From the NCBI GenBank assembly GCA_013265495.1, contig MU058451.1:541023-605022 (forward strand): 64,000 bases of DNA. The letters are read 5' to 3'. This document shows positions 37,193 to 51,889 of this stretch, in pieces. How positions within the stretch are numbered: position 1 is the stretch's first letter; the number at the start of each line of letters is the position of its first letter. The notes under the pieces were generated by a model. It saw only the letters and a program-made list of their open reading frames with translations, was not told where the DNA came from and searched no databases. Both the position numbers and the translations under genes were made by a program. The DNA comes from Vicugna vicugna (taxonomy: Eukaryota).

Positions 37193-39137
37193 ATATAGAA
37201 AAGCATGAAGAGGAAAAAATCATCTATAATACCATTAATTCCCCAGATAAAACCACTGTTAACATTTTTGTTGGTATTTCTCCAGTTATATTTCTGTTGC
37301 ATTTTCAAAGCTTGGCAATTATAACGTAGTATTTTTTCATTTAACATTCTTTGAAGTTGGAGATTGCAAACTCAGATGCTTGTAAGTGTCAGGCAGACAG
37401 GCAAGGTAACAATGATAACTAACATTTGTTAAGCCCTAACTGTGCCAGATATGTTTCCAGAGGTTTATGTGTATTATATATGTTATCTCTCTTAACCTTC
37501 ACAACAACCCTGTGAGGTATATACCATTATCATCTCTACATTTCAGATGAAGAAAATAAGGCATAGGGAGGTAAAACAACATATTTAAGGGCACACAGCT
37601 AGTAGGTAGCTGCATTAACATTGAGACCTAGCTGTTGAAGTGACTGAAGTGGGGTGGCTGGCTACTGTGGTGAACTTGAGAGAGCACGTCCCATCTGCGG
37701 GGCACCATTGCTCGTGGAGGAATGGTAGTCTAGTGTAGTAGATCTTTGAGTTTTTTGATAGCCTTGAAAAATCTGAATTTTTATATGAAATGATGGCAAT
37801 TAGGAAAATTAAAAAATAACAGTTAAGTCAGATCTCATCTGCAGATTACAGCTGGCCTATGTTTATAAAATAGCGTTCTTAGTAGTAGTATCTACCTCCT
37901 AAGTGTGATGTGAGAGTTAAATGGGGGCATTTTGTATACAACATGTAGCTCAGTAGCTGGCATGTAGCACTAAGTAAATGTTAGCTATCATCAGTAGCAC
38001 AAATATTTTCTCCAGTCATCAAAATTCTTTATAAGTATCACTATTGTTTTTATTTTGAGAAATTATGTAAGTAATACATTGGTACGTGACTGTTGTAAAA
38101 AACTCAAACAATGTGAAAGAATGTTTAAAGGACTGAAATTGCATTTGCTTCCTACTCCTAACTCCCTAGCCCTCTCCTTATAGAATTAAAAACCACATAT
38201 GCTGTGCTTATCCTTCTGGCATTTGCGTTTTTATTACTTAGTATGTCTTAGAGATCTTCCAAAGTCAGTTTAGACAAAGCTACTTCATTGTTTTTAAAGG
38301 TTGCACGGTGTATTCTTTAGTATGGATGTACCATAATTTATTGAACTAGGCTTCTCAATTGTCATTTCAGTTTTCGATTTTTTACTGTTATAAAAAAGGA
38401 TCTGCAAAGAGCATATATTGCTCTTTGCGCACATTGGTAAATATTTCCCTAGGGGTTTGATCCTTGGATGAAATTGCTGAATGAAAAGTATATTAAGAAT
38501 TTTCACAGTTACTGTACTTTTGTTAAATGTATTTTTAGTATCTTTGTAATATTCCGTTTTATGAATCTACTGATATTATCATTTCCTCTTGTTGACACAT
38601 TTAGATTTTTTTTCCAATTTTTTGCCACTATAAATGGTTCTGTGATAAATATCTTTGTGAGTAGGATATGTTTTTAAAAAGATAAATAGTCTGAGAGGAA
38701 GTTATCAACTAGTAACTATATTTCTGAGACTTTACTTTCTGGGAGCTATTATAAGAGTCGTATTCATTGGTAATATATTATTTTTAGGAAAAATAGAGCT
38801 TTGATAAAGGCCTGGCCTAGGGTTTTTAATGTTATACTCAAGATTTTTAGACTCTTTTATATGTTTCATTTTAGGTGTTATCATCTAATGAAGAACACTG
38901 AAACAGCAGATTGAATAAAGCCTTGGAACAGCTAGATTAGAGGTTTAGAAAAGAAAGTTAAAATTAGTCACTTTGGTTTTTAGTGTTCCAACTTCATAAT
39001 ATTTATTCTTTATTCTAAATAGATTTAGGGAGTAGAAGTTAAAATTCAGTGCTATACCAAAGGAAGCACTTATATTTGTTCTGTTTTTTTTTCTTTTTGT
39101 ATGAGAGAAGAAGGTAGATAACCAAGAGATATAGTGA

Positions 39138-39416
<279 letters not shown>

Positions 39417-39479
39417 TGAGCATACACTTTCGATCCTTAACACTATTATTCTTTTATTCATTTTGAAGCTACCTTTCTG

Positions 39480-39600
39480 AACGAATATATGTATGTATAT
39501 GTATGACTGGGACATTATGCTGTACACCAGAGACTGACACATTGTAATTGATTATACTTCAATTAAAAAAAAAAGAGTTTAGAATATTAAAAAAAAAAAA
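39480..39600 (+). mobile_element. Young 5'-truncated L1 3' end with two A-tracts
   Basis: TSD gaagctacctttctg/gaaactacctttctg (39465-39479 and 39601-39615). Confidence 0.8.
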
Positions 39601-40152
39601 GAAACTACCTTTCTGTATCTGGGTAGTCAATGTACAAAGTTCCCCTGTTTGCATGTAGCACAAAGGTCACTTGCTCCTCACTAACAGTGCTTATGTAAGT
39701 TATTGTACTGTCAGAATTTTCCAGGTTCATTATTGGAATGTTTTAATTTACCTAATTAAGTTACTTTTTCTAATATGTACTTACTTTTTATGAGAAGGAA
39801 AAGGGCTCATTTCTATGTCTTGTAAATCTTTTATTCTCTATTTTATATTTTAAGACTGATTATGTAAATATAGCCTCACTTGCAACTCTGAAAGAACACT
39901 TATTTTTTAAGTTACTTATAGCATTGATTTAACAAAATGAAATTTATTGCAATAATGCAGTAGCTGTGGTTAACTAGGTACAGAATCATCCACAGAACTA
40001 AAAACAACCTTAAGAATCATGTTGTTTAAAATCTGTTTTATGGTTAAAGGAAGTAGGATCTAAATAAGTCCTGAGAATTCTACGGTTTTCCATATACCTA
40101 ATTTCATGACCTTTTTATTATTATCTTAAGGGATTTAATTCTGTTAAAAGAA

Positions 40153-40210
40153 ATATATATATGTGTGCATATACATATATGTATACATATACATATATGT
40201 ACACATACAT

Positions 40211-40243
<33 letters not shown>
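40153..40243. repeat. Compound (TA)/(TACA)/(CA) microsatellite
   Basis: Direct reading. Confidence 0.9.
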
Positions 40244-40319
40244 AGGAAAAGAGAAGAATTAAAGACAAATATTAAGTGGATAACATACTATTTTGTAACG
40301 GTTAGGTTTTGAATTTGGG

Positions 40320-41700
40320 CTATTTTGATAGCCATCTTTCCTCAGAGATATTTTAGTGGCCACAGAATTCTAGATGAGTAGTTATTTTCTCTTTGCAAAT
40401 TACATTCTCTTGTCTTTTTGTTTCCATTGTCACTACTGCATAGCTAGATGTCAGTCTTACTCTTGGTCTTTAAACGTAATTTGTCTTTTTTCCCTTTGGC
40501 AGATCTTACAATTTTTCTCTAAATTTTTGGGTTTCTACAGTTTATGATGTATCTGGATGTAGGTTTATTTTTATTTCTTTTGTTTAGGATTTGCTGGTTC
40601 TCTTGATTCTATGGGTTGTTATCTTCCGTGAGCTCTGCATAATTCTCAGCCATTAACTTTTCTGACATTTTCTTTACCACATTTCTGTCTCTTTTTTCTT
40701 CTGGGACTCCAAACAAATTAAAAAAAAGTTAGACCTTCTTGCCATTTCTAACATGACTGTTTTATGTTAGATTGTTTACTTGAGATTTTTGTTTCCTGAA
40801 TTAAGCTCATATTTCTATAAACAAGCTCATATTGCTTTTGCTGCATTCCATAGAATTAGTATCATGTTTTTGCTTTTGTTTGTCTCCAGGTATTTTTTTT
40901 TTATTTCCTCTTTGATTTATCAGTGACTCATTGTTTAGTAGCATGTTTTTGTTTTGTGCGTTTTTTTCTTGTAGTTGATTTCTAGTCTCATGCCACTGTG
41001 ATCAGAACAGACGCTTGATGTAATTTCAATCTTCTTAAATTTATTGAGACTTGTTTTGTTATCTGTCCTGGAGAGTGTTACATGTATACTTAAAAAAAAT
41101 GTATATCTTGCTGCTTTTTGATGGAATGTTCTGTATATAATCTATTAAGTCCATCTGGTTTAATGTGCCATTAGGGCCAGTTTTTCCTTATTGATTTTTC
41201 TATCTGGGTGATCCATCCATTGATATAAGTGTTACTGTTGATTTCTCTCTTTATGTTTGTTAATATTTGCTTTATATATTTAGGGGGTCCTATGTTGGGT
41301 ACATATATATTTACAGTTGTTATATCTTCTTCTCACCAATCTCCAGCAGCCAGTCGCAGCTTGTCCCTGACGACTCATGTCTAGGACTGGGGATCGCAGG
41401 GACCCTCTGTGTCAGTTTCCCTTAGTTCTGTCTGCCAGGTGGTTGCCATTTTCTCCTCCAGACATCAGAAGCTCCACTTCTGTCCCCGCTGACCTCCCAG
41501 CTGGAGAGGGGGCATCCCAGTGTGATGGTGCCTTTCTTCCTATGCTACTCCCTCCCCTCATGATCAATCCTGCGCTGATTTTTTCTTTTTTCTTTTTTTT
41601 TTCCTTTTTTTCTCTTACCGGATTTTGTGAGAATTCTCCTGTGTTTCGAAGCAAGAGACAGAATTCAGTAGGTGTTCTGTGTGATTCAGTTGGTTTGTAC
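40320..41700 (-). mobile_element. Composite old L1 fragments
   Basis: T-rich reverse-strand L1 ORF2 motifs (aatttattgagacttgttttg; tctattaagtccatctgg); boundaries approximate. Confidence 0.6.
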
Positions 41701-42074
41701 TTTCACAACATAATATTTACATTTCTGTTGAGTGGTTATTTCTTCTGCCTTGTATTGCAGCTAGCACTTTATAGGCTTGACCTTCATATTAGACTGTAAG
41801 GTCATTAAAGGTGAAGGTCATGTTCTCATCACTTATGTAAACATTCTTTCCTGGCATCTAGCCGACACTGAATATAATGGGTCATGTTATAATAAAACTG
41901 TGATGATAAAAATGTACTTTTGTTTGCTAGGTGAAGATTCTTTGCATAGCCATATAGGTATCCATCTTGTTTACAGTAAGAATATCTTATATTTGTGTTA
42001 CACTTTCAATTTTTCAAAGTTCTTTCATATCTACGTCTCTTTATCTTTATGGGAAAATTGTTGTGAACTTTCAT

Positions 42075-42940
42075 TTATTCATTGAGTAAATATTTTCTGA
42101 GAACCTACTATGTGCCAGGTACTCTTCTAGTTGTTTTAGGATGTAGCAATGAATGAAACAAAAGTCCCTGCTTTCATGTAAATTTTATTTTTTTATGAGA
42201 AGGTACAGATAAAAAAAGTAAACCATGTGTCAAGTGTTGGTAAAGAAAAATAATGGAGGATAAAGAGTTAGAATGTGATGGATGGTGTGATCTGGGAAGA
42301 TCTCCATGAGGAAGTGGCATTTAAGTAGAGATCTGAATAAATTTAAGGAGTAAACTTGTACAATTTCTGGGGTTTAGAAGAGTTCCAGGAAGAGTATTAG
42401 CAAAGCAAAGGCCTTTAAAGTTGGGAAAAGCAGCAAGATGGGTACACTAAAAGCACGGGAGAAATAAGATGGAGAGGTAGTGGGGGTAGTGTGTCTGTGA
42501 AGCAGATTATGAAGGGCCTTGTAAGGTATGGTAAGGGCTTTAGGTTTTATTCTAAATTTGATGGAAATCACTGGAACATTTTGAGTGGAGGAGTAACATC
42601 TGAATTCTGGTTAAGAGATTCAATCTAGATGCTGTGTAGAGAATAGAATGCCGAGGGAGCAGGAGTAGAAGCAGAGAGACCAATTATGAGGCAATAGAAG
42701 TAATCCCGGTCAGGAATGTTGACTGGTTAAACTAGGATGGAGGCAGTAGAAGTGATAAGATGTGCTTAGATTGGGATATATTTGAATTTAGAATCAGAAC
42801 CAAGAGAACCTGCTGAGGAATTTTTATAGGGTATGAGACAAAGCAGTTGGAAAGTATTACCACTTTTTGGTCTGAGTAACATGGTGAATGTTAGTGTCAT
42901 TTACTGAAATGGGAAACATTGACAGAAGGAACAGGTTGAA
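42075..42940 (-). mobile_element. L2 relic
   Basis: ttcatttattcattgagtaaatattttctgagaacctactatgtgccagg (L2 3' end) followed by typical L2 body. Confidence 0.75.
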
Positions 42941-43236
42941 ACAGAATATATAGCACTGCCCTAGTTTTATATATGAGGAAGCTGAGGTGTGGATAAAGAG
43001 TTTCAATAATCTTTGGGCTAGAATGCTGGTTGTCTTATTGCTAGCCCCAGATATTTTCAAAGTAAGTGTCTCAATTTTTTGTTATTAATTTACTTGAATG
43101 ATGATAACTCATGTTTATTTAAAAATTCTTTCTAAAGAAGAGCCTGAGCAAGGATATTTTAAGAGTCTTTGAAACATTGTATATTTTCCAGGATGGTAAT
43201 GATGGAAGAGCCTAGCACCTTGTAGATTATTGAGTA

Positions 43237-43451
43237 CAGTTGACCCTTGAACAACATGGGTTTGAACTGTATGGATCCACTTATATGTAGATTTTTTCTA
43301 GTAGTAAAAACTGCAGTACTACATGATTTGTGGTTGGCTGAATCCACAGACAGGGAACCAAGGGTACACAGGGCTAACTATCAGTTATGCTCAGATTTTC
43401 AACTGCACAGGGTCAGTACCCCTCACCCCTAATTTGTTCATGGGTCAGTTG
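43237..43451. mobile_element. Tigger2/MER8-type MITE
   Basis: TIRs CAGTTGACCCTTGAACAA / TTGTTCATGGGTCAGTTG, flanked by TA on both sides. Confidence 0.85.
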
Positions 43452-43814
43452 TAATTATTTGCTAGATTAAATTGAAAGAAGATTCAATCTCACCTTCAAC
43501 CTTGACATTATCTTAAGGGGATGTATCTGTCTTTTAGTTAAGATAAATTACATGAAGTGAAAATTGCAGTTTGTCTTTCAGAATGTAGTGGGTAAGACTT
43601 GAAATCATAAGATCTAAGTTTGGACTTTAGGTCTGCCTCTTACACTCTGTGTTTCTTTCAGCACATCATTGTTCTCAGCCTTACTTTTTCCATCTGTTAA
43701 TTTAGAATAATACCTATTCATCTCTCATAATATTGGGAAGATGAAATAAGATTATGCATGTTTAACAGTGCTGGCACACACTGGCACATCAAACATGCAA
43801 TAAAAGTTATGGAG

Positions 43815-44083
43815 ACTGCACAGATATAGAAAACAAACTTATAGTTACCAAAGGAGAAAAGGGCGGAGAGGGCTAAATTAGGAGTTTGATATTACTAGAT
43901 ACAAACTATTATATGTGAAAGAGATAAACAACAAAGTCCTACTGTATAGCACAGAATTAATTATATTCAGTACCTTGTAATAAACTATAATGGAAAAGAA
44001 TCTGCCAAACATATAACTGAATCACTTTGCTGTGCACCAGAAGCTGACACAACACTGTAAATCAACTATACTTCAATAAAAAA
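43815..44083 (+). mobile_element. 5'-truncated L1 3' end
   Basis: ...aacaacaaagtcctactgtatagcacag...aactatacttcaataaaaa; TSD aagttatggag/aagttgtggag. Confidence 0.78.
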
Positions 44084-44153
44084 GAAGTTGTGGAGTCTGA
44101 ATCTCATAAAGCCACCATGAGATGTTCACAAAGTTGAGAGAAATTTATAGTAG

Positions 44154-44609
<456 letters not shown>

Positions 44610-45789
44610 TAGAATTATTTATATTTTGAAAAGAAGTACATGGTTCAAATATCAAAAAGTGTATAAAGATACGTTGTCTCCCTCCCCCTTCGTCCTATTC
44701 CTTCCTTTGCCCAGAAAGGAAAATATTGTCAGCTTTTTGATGATTCTTTCAGAAAAGAATTTAAAAGCCTATCATTTTTTCTTTTATAGAAATGGTAACA
44801 TAAAACTGTTTTTGTTTTTTGCACTTAACAACATAAACAACATATCTTGGAGATCTAAACATATCAGTACAGAAAGAGGTCCCTCATTTATTTTTATTAT
44901 TTGTATAGTATTACAAATTATGGATGTATCACGAATTAGTTAACATGCCCCTCTTTATGTTAATTTAGGTTGTTTCTACTGTTTCGCTATTGCAGAAAAA
45001 ATGCTGCAATGAATCATCTTGTGCATGCATCCTTCTGCATGTGTGAATCCCATGTCTGTCCATAAGGTGAATTCCCAGAATTGGAATCATTGGGTGAAGG
45101 TGCCAGTGCTACAAAACTAATGAAAGTTTTGCAGATTCACCAGTATGTTGCTCTTCTGTAGCGGATTTCCTCATTTGGGTTAAATGTACATTTTTAAAGG
45201 ACAATTTGATATTTCCATTAAAAAAATCTTGTAATAGGCATTTAATTTGAGATATTAAAAACTCTATTTATTTGTTAAATAATAGTTTAAATATTCACCA
45301 TCAGTGTAGCAGATTATCCTCTCCTCCAGAGTTTCCTTTATGCTTAGACTCACCTGTGAGATCAGTTCATCCCCCAGTCTTCCTGTTCCTAGTTTCCCGT
45401 ATCTAGACTGGAGTCCCTTCTAATGTTTTTACCTTTACTTTGGTTGTTAGTATGACACTGAAATGAACCTACTGTGTATGAGACCTCTTTTTCCTTGTGA
45501 TGCAAAGAATATGTGGATTGGGACTTACAGGTTCAGTATTATATAGTCCCTGAAGCTAGAAGGTCAACATTTAGAGCTTATAGCCTGTATTATGGCTAAA
45601 AGCTAATGTGAACTGTGACTGCTTCTGGGCAGTGGGATTATGAGTGACTATATTTATTTTATCTTCTTTATACTTTTCTGAATTTCTAAATTTCCTACAA
45701 TAACCATATATTGCTTTGATAGGAAGAATAACTCAAAATGTAAAAGAAAAAAATGTAAAAAACAAGTTTATATATATAAGTACTTCAGA

Positions 45790-47560
45790 AGGCTGAACAT
45801 ATTCTTTTATCTTGTTCCTTCCTGAAATCATGCTAAAGAGTAGACTAATGGGGTAAAAACAATATAAACCCACAAGGACAAAGAGAATGCAGAGTAGAAC
45901 AGCAAAGAAGAAATATCAGCAAGTATTTAGAAGATGGAAAGCAGATGGAAAACTTGGGTTATTCAAATCAGTTCTACCACTGAAAGGCTAAATTATTTGA
46001 ATCAACCCTCCCTCTGAAATTACCTAAAACAATTGGATAAATATTTTCAAAAGTCTTCATAAAAGCCTAACACAGTCTGATATAACAGGCCAAAATGTGC
46101 ATGAAAGTGGGAATGCCAGGGTTAAGTAGGACCGTGAGGGCATTTATACCCTTAGGGCTTGTATATAAACTTATAAACAGCAGGTTTGGTTTTGATGGCT
46201 TCCCAGGGTGTGGAGGACTGGAGACAAAACTCAGGGTACTCACAAGGGAGGGACATCTGGTAGAAAATCCTAATCCACAAAGCTGGCACACCAAAAGGCA
46301 CCCTGCTCAGGATAAAAGTGACGTTATCTACCTCACTCTCCACTTCCAAGAGACTGCAAGGAATATTGCTTTGGTGCTGTCTAGAACAGGGGAAAAAAAG
46401 TCCCTGAGAAGTTATAACAACATGATTTGTGACCAAAATTCGCGTTTCTAACTAGTCCAAAACACAAAACAAAACAAAGCACCTTCAAAACAAATAAAGG
46501 CCAAGTTATGATATAGTTTAAATGGTCCCAGACTGATAGTGCCCCTAGGTGTCTGGCAGAAACAAGTATAAATCCTCCCTGGAGGAGTCCACCTTCTCAC
46601 AAACAGTTTTCCAAGGAAAATGAATAGTTTATAGGAGTTTATAGCACCAGAAGAAATGAGGCACCGAGAGTAAGAATCAGCAGAAATAGAAAAAAACTCA
46701 GTGAGACATTAGATATTAGAAATTACCAGGTGCATTGTATTATGTTGAAAGGAGTAAATGATGAACTTGAAAATATGAAATAGGAAACTATAAAAATGAG
46801 TTCTATATTTGAAAAAGAAAAAAGTAGAATTTATGAGATGGAAAGAGATAGAAAATATAAGAGATATTAGGAGTCATGGAAGATGGGATGAGAATGTCTA
46901 GCATACATCTGATCAGAGTTCATGAAGGAGAGGAGAGGAAGAATGGAGCAGAGGCAATATTTGAAAAGTTAATGGCTGAAAAGATTTCAGAACTGATGAG
47001 AGTCACCTACCCACAGATTCAAGAAGCCCATCATTTCTCAAGCAACTAAGTAGAAAGAAATCCATTTACAGATACTAACTGCTATATCTATAAAATAGAT
47101 AAACAACAAGTTTATACTGTGTAGCACAGGGAACTATATTGAATATCTTGTAGTAACCTATAGTGAAAAAGAATATGGAAATGAATATATATATGTATAT
47201 GTAGGACTGAACTATTATGCTGTACACCAGAAATTGGCACAACGTTGTAAACTGATTATACTTCAATTAAAAAAAAAAAGAAATCCATACCACAGCATAT
47301 AACTACTAAAGAAGATAACAAATAATGTCCTTCGGATAGAACAGAAGTATTCTGAGATGCAAGCAGGAATAAAGAGCAAAGCAGGTAGTAAATATGTGGG
47401 TAAATCTAAATGAAAATTGACTGTATAAACAAAAATTCTACTGTGTGGCTAAGAAAAGGTAGACTAAATGTACAAGGAAGCAATAACCTGTAAGTCAGGT
47501 GGAAGGTGAATGGAGTTAAAGTGTTTAAAATTCCTTGTGTAGTTTGGGAGAAAGGTAAAG
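45790..47560 (+). mobile_element. Old L1 5'/ORF1 relic, resuming after 49302
   Basis: ORF1-like motifs (gcagaggcaatatttgaa...aatggctgaa...ttcagaactgatga...ccacagattcaagaagc). Confidence 0.6.
47066..47276 (+). mobile_element. Young 5'-truncated L1 3' end inside an older L1
   Basis: Same tail family; TSD aaagaaatccat (47054-47065 and 47277-47288). Confidence 0.8.
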
Positions 47561-49301
47561 CAAAGGTGGATCTGGGTCTTTTGAGATATAAAACTAAAAC
47601 ATTTAGAGAGACCTTATTTTAAAAAAGAATGTATTATTAGAAAAACAAAATTAGATATTATGTTAGTCTGCTTGGGCTGCCATAACAGAATTATCACAGA
47701 CTGGGCAGCTTAACCAACAGAAAGCTATTTTCTTACAATTCTGGAGACCAGAAATCCAAGGTCAAGATGTCAGTAGGGTTGGTTTCTGGTGAGGAATCTC
47801 TCTTTGCACTTGATCTTATCCAGAAGGCCGAGAAGTGGTAGGACTCTCTCTTTGGATTGCAGGTTTTGGATTGCAGACCTTCTTGCTGTGTCCCCACATG
47901 GTCTTTACTCTATGTATGGAGAGAAAGCGAGTTCTCTGGTGGAGAACTTGTCTCTCACAAGGACATCAGTCCTATTAAACTTGGGCCCCACCGTTATGAC
48001 CTCTAATATGACGGTATTAACCCTAATACCCTCCTAAAGGCCCTGTCTCAATGTGTAGTCACACTGGGACTTAGGGCTTTAATATGAATTTTGGAAGAAC
48101 ACAATTCAGTCCATAAAAGGTATGAAAGTAGGCACTGTTTTAAAATAAGAAAATAATTTACAGCAAATTACAGGGATAAGAAAGCTGACCAGTACCACAA
48201 ACTTCAAAAGAGAAAGAAAAGTAGTATATCTTTATTATTTTAATACTCTTTTCTCTACATTTTTTGGCTGTTTACTCTCTGATTGGCTTTTGACTTGATA
48301 ATGATTTTATAATACAATTTCTATAGAGAGAAAAGATTCAGTCTTTTTTCTAACATAGTTAATTGAAATTTGTTTTTTTATTTATTTTTAATTTGGGAAA
48401 GTTTCAACTTCACAAATTAATGATAATATTATATGTATTTTTTTGATTCTTGTCAAATTTGGGAAAAGCTCCAACAATTTCTTCAGATAATATGCCATAA
48501 GATTAGAATAGATCAAGATTTTTTATTTTTGGTGAACTAATTTTAAATACTGTTTGAATTAACAACACTAGTTTATTGTCAATGTCTCATTTAGTGAATA
48601 TTGGGAGTCTTACTGGGAGTTTTCTTCACTGGTGTCAGTAATGTCAAATCAGAAGGAAATTAGTAAGATTCTATATAAGTATGATTGGGCAAGGTCATTT
48701 CATACCAACAGGAGTGCAGAAGCAAAGGCATGGTTTGGCAAAGACAAGGAATTTAGTTTGGATAGAGTGAAATGTACAGATTAGACTAGCAAAATGATCA
48801 GGAAAATTATGTTGGGAACAGGTAGGTATGTGGGAAATGGGAAATGATATCAAACTGATAGCACCAGCTGAATGAGCATAGTCCATTGTGCCTTAACGTT
48901 AAGTAGTTAAAGGCTTGTTGAGGGCAGTAATCATGTAGTGTTAAGATCAGGAGAACTGCTTGAGAATCCTAGATCTGTCACTTACTAGTTGTAGTTATTC
49001 AAGCAAATCTTGTAAACATACCCCTTAAACCTAAAGTGTTCTCAACGCTGTTTCCCTTTAGCCAGATCCCCAAAATGACCACAGCTGCTTCAGTAGACCA
49101 GGGGAAAATGCGGGAATGGGTAAGAAGGAATAGAGGTGGGGAATTTAGTCAATTGCAATTAAAATATCTTATTTTTCCAGATTATATAAAAATATATGAC
49201 AAAGTGAACCTATTGCTAGGGCTTTGCCAGGTTTGGAAGGAGTCTGGGCATATGTGGGTCCTGATTTAAGCTTCACTAGCTTCATGATAAATCTACTTTT
49301 G
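47561..49301. mobile_element. hAT DNA transposon relic (Tip100 group, Zaphod/MER115-like), interrupted
   Basis: Imperfect TIRs CAAAGGTGGATCT and (reverse complement) CAAAAGTAGATTT; 8-bp TSD AGGTAAAG/AGGTGAAA; family assignment from memory of the consensus ends. Confidence 0.55.
47659..48118. mobile_element. MaLR LTR (MLT1A/B-type) nested in a hAT element
   Basis: tgttagtctgcttgggctgccataacag...gaacacaattcagtccataa. Confidence 0.8.
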
Positions 49302-50751
49302 AGGTGAAAATATTGATTAACTTTAAACTTTGATATGTTTAATATGCATGTTGTGATTTCTAGGGAAACTGTCAAAGAATAAAAACGTCTTATCACTGAA
49401 GGACATGGGTTATTAGATTGAAAGGGTGATAAAAATGGCCCATACCAAGCCCATCATTATAACATTTCAGATAAGATTAAGATAAGATTCTAGAAGATTT
49501 GAAAGAAAAAAAGATCACTTAGAGATAGGGAAACTGAATAGCATTGAAATTCTTAACTGTAACACTTGAGATTAGAACTTAATAGAGCAATGACCTCAAA
49601 GTTTCAATGGAAAACATTTTTAAACTTTGAATTTTATTTCTAACAAAACTGTATCAAATATGAGGGTAGAATAAAGACGTTTTGAGACATACATGGTCTC
49701 AAAAGTTCGGCTGGGGTGCCACTTTTCTCAGGAATGTCTGGAGAATGTTTGATCAAAACATGAGAATGAAGCAAGAAAGAAATATGGGAACAGGAAACAG
49801 GAAGTCAGCACTGAAGAGAGGTGAAGGGAAATTCTGGGAAGATAGGAAGCAAACGTTGACAACAACCAGAAAGTGATATTTTAATTCAAATACTGCTGAA
49901 TTAAAAAGAAGGAAAAAAGAATTCCAACTCATTGAGCCAATGAGGCTAAGTGGGAATAATGAACATTCTGTATTTTGCTCTAAATTTTTTTTTCTTTCTA
50001 ATTCTCTAGTATCTTTGCTTTCAGTTTTGTAAGTCCCCAGCTTTGACAGTGGGGCTAATGGCATGCCTTTCCAGTGTAGTAATGAACTTACTCTTCTGTT
50101 ACTTGTTGGGGAAAAAATGGGGTAAAGATGTCAAGCCTATAGAAATTTGTAAGTTTTGGAACACATTTGTTCATTTGATCCATCATCTTAAAGATATGGG
50201 AAACTGGGCTTGTTGATATCTCATACTTATGTTAAATTTTCTGGTTAACCTCCCGCCCTCTCTTTCTCCCTGCCCACCTCTCTCTCATGATACTGTTTCT
50301 TAGTGACTTAGTTATATGCCAAGGTCAAAGCGAAAAAGACTGAAACAGCTAGGACTGTAACTGTAGTCTCTTAGAGAACTTCCAGAGTATGGAAAGTGTT
50401 CCATTAAACCAGTTGCTCAATAAAATTTGTCCAATGCATTTATTTAGACTCCTATGAGCAGTCTAATGTAGTGGTTAAATACACCAACTTTGAAATCGGT
50501 CAGATTTCAGTTCAAATTTCACCTCTCTGCAACTTGCTGGCTGTGTGACTTGGGTCAAGTAATATATATACATTCTCTAAGCATCAATTCCTTCATATGT
50601 AATATAGGAATATTAATACCTATTTCAAAAGATTAGATGAGTATATAAACTACCTGACATATGTTTGTGGATGTGTGCATACAGGTAAAGCTTGTATGGC
50701 ATATAGTAATTTAATATTGCTATTATTATTCTTATAAAAATATATCTTTAA

Positions 50752-51399
<648 letters not shown>

Positions 51400-51889
51400 G
51401 CTATTCACTTATGAGATATGTTTAATTTTTTTTGTTTTATTGGTTAGTAAAGAAAATGTTTGTGTATGTGTATGTGTTGTTTTTAATTTTTGCCTTCTTT
51501 TATTTGAGATCAATTCTGCTACATTAATTATGAATGTTAGAGAGTATAATAATATTTTTATTATTTAAATCAATTTCTCATTTGGTTTTGAAGATCTTGG
51601 GTACTTAGATATATTTGCTTATTGCCTGGTAGGGTTGCCATCTTGAACTTGAATTGAAAGAAATGGTTTGCTTCCTATAATTAGAAGGCTGGAATTGAAC
51701 TTCCCAACTTTTCCCTTATTGTTTCTGAACTAAAACTGATGTACTTATAGTGGGGAACTCAAAGGAAGAGAAGAGCAGAATACTCATTCTTCTTTCCTGC
51801 ATTTTCTTGATTCAGTGTGTGTATTTTGAGCAAGGGACAGATTAAGTAGAGGAAAAGAAAGGAGGGAAGAAGAAGAACACAAAACAGAT

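Noticed and set aside
45347..45360. 14-mer GACTCACCTGTGAG identical to 11542-11555
   Set aside because: A few 14-bp exact matches are expected by chance in 64 kb, and the flanks are unrelated.
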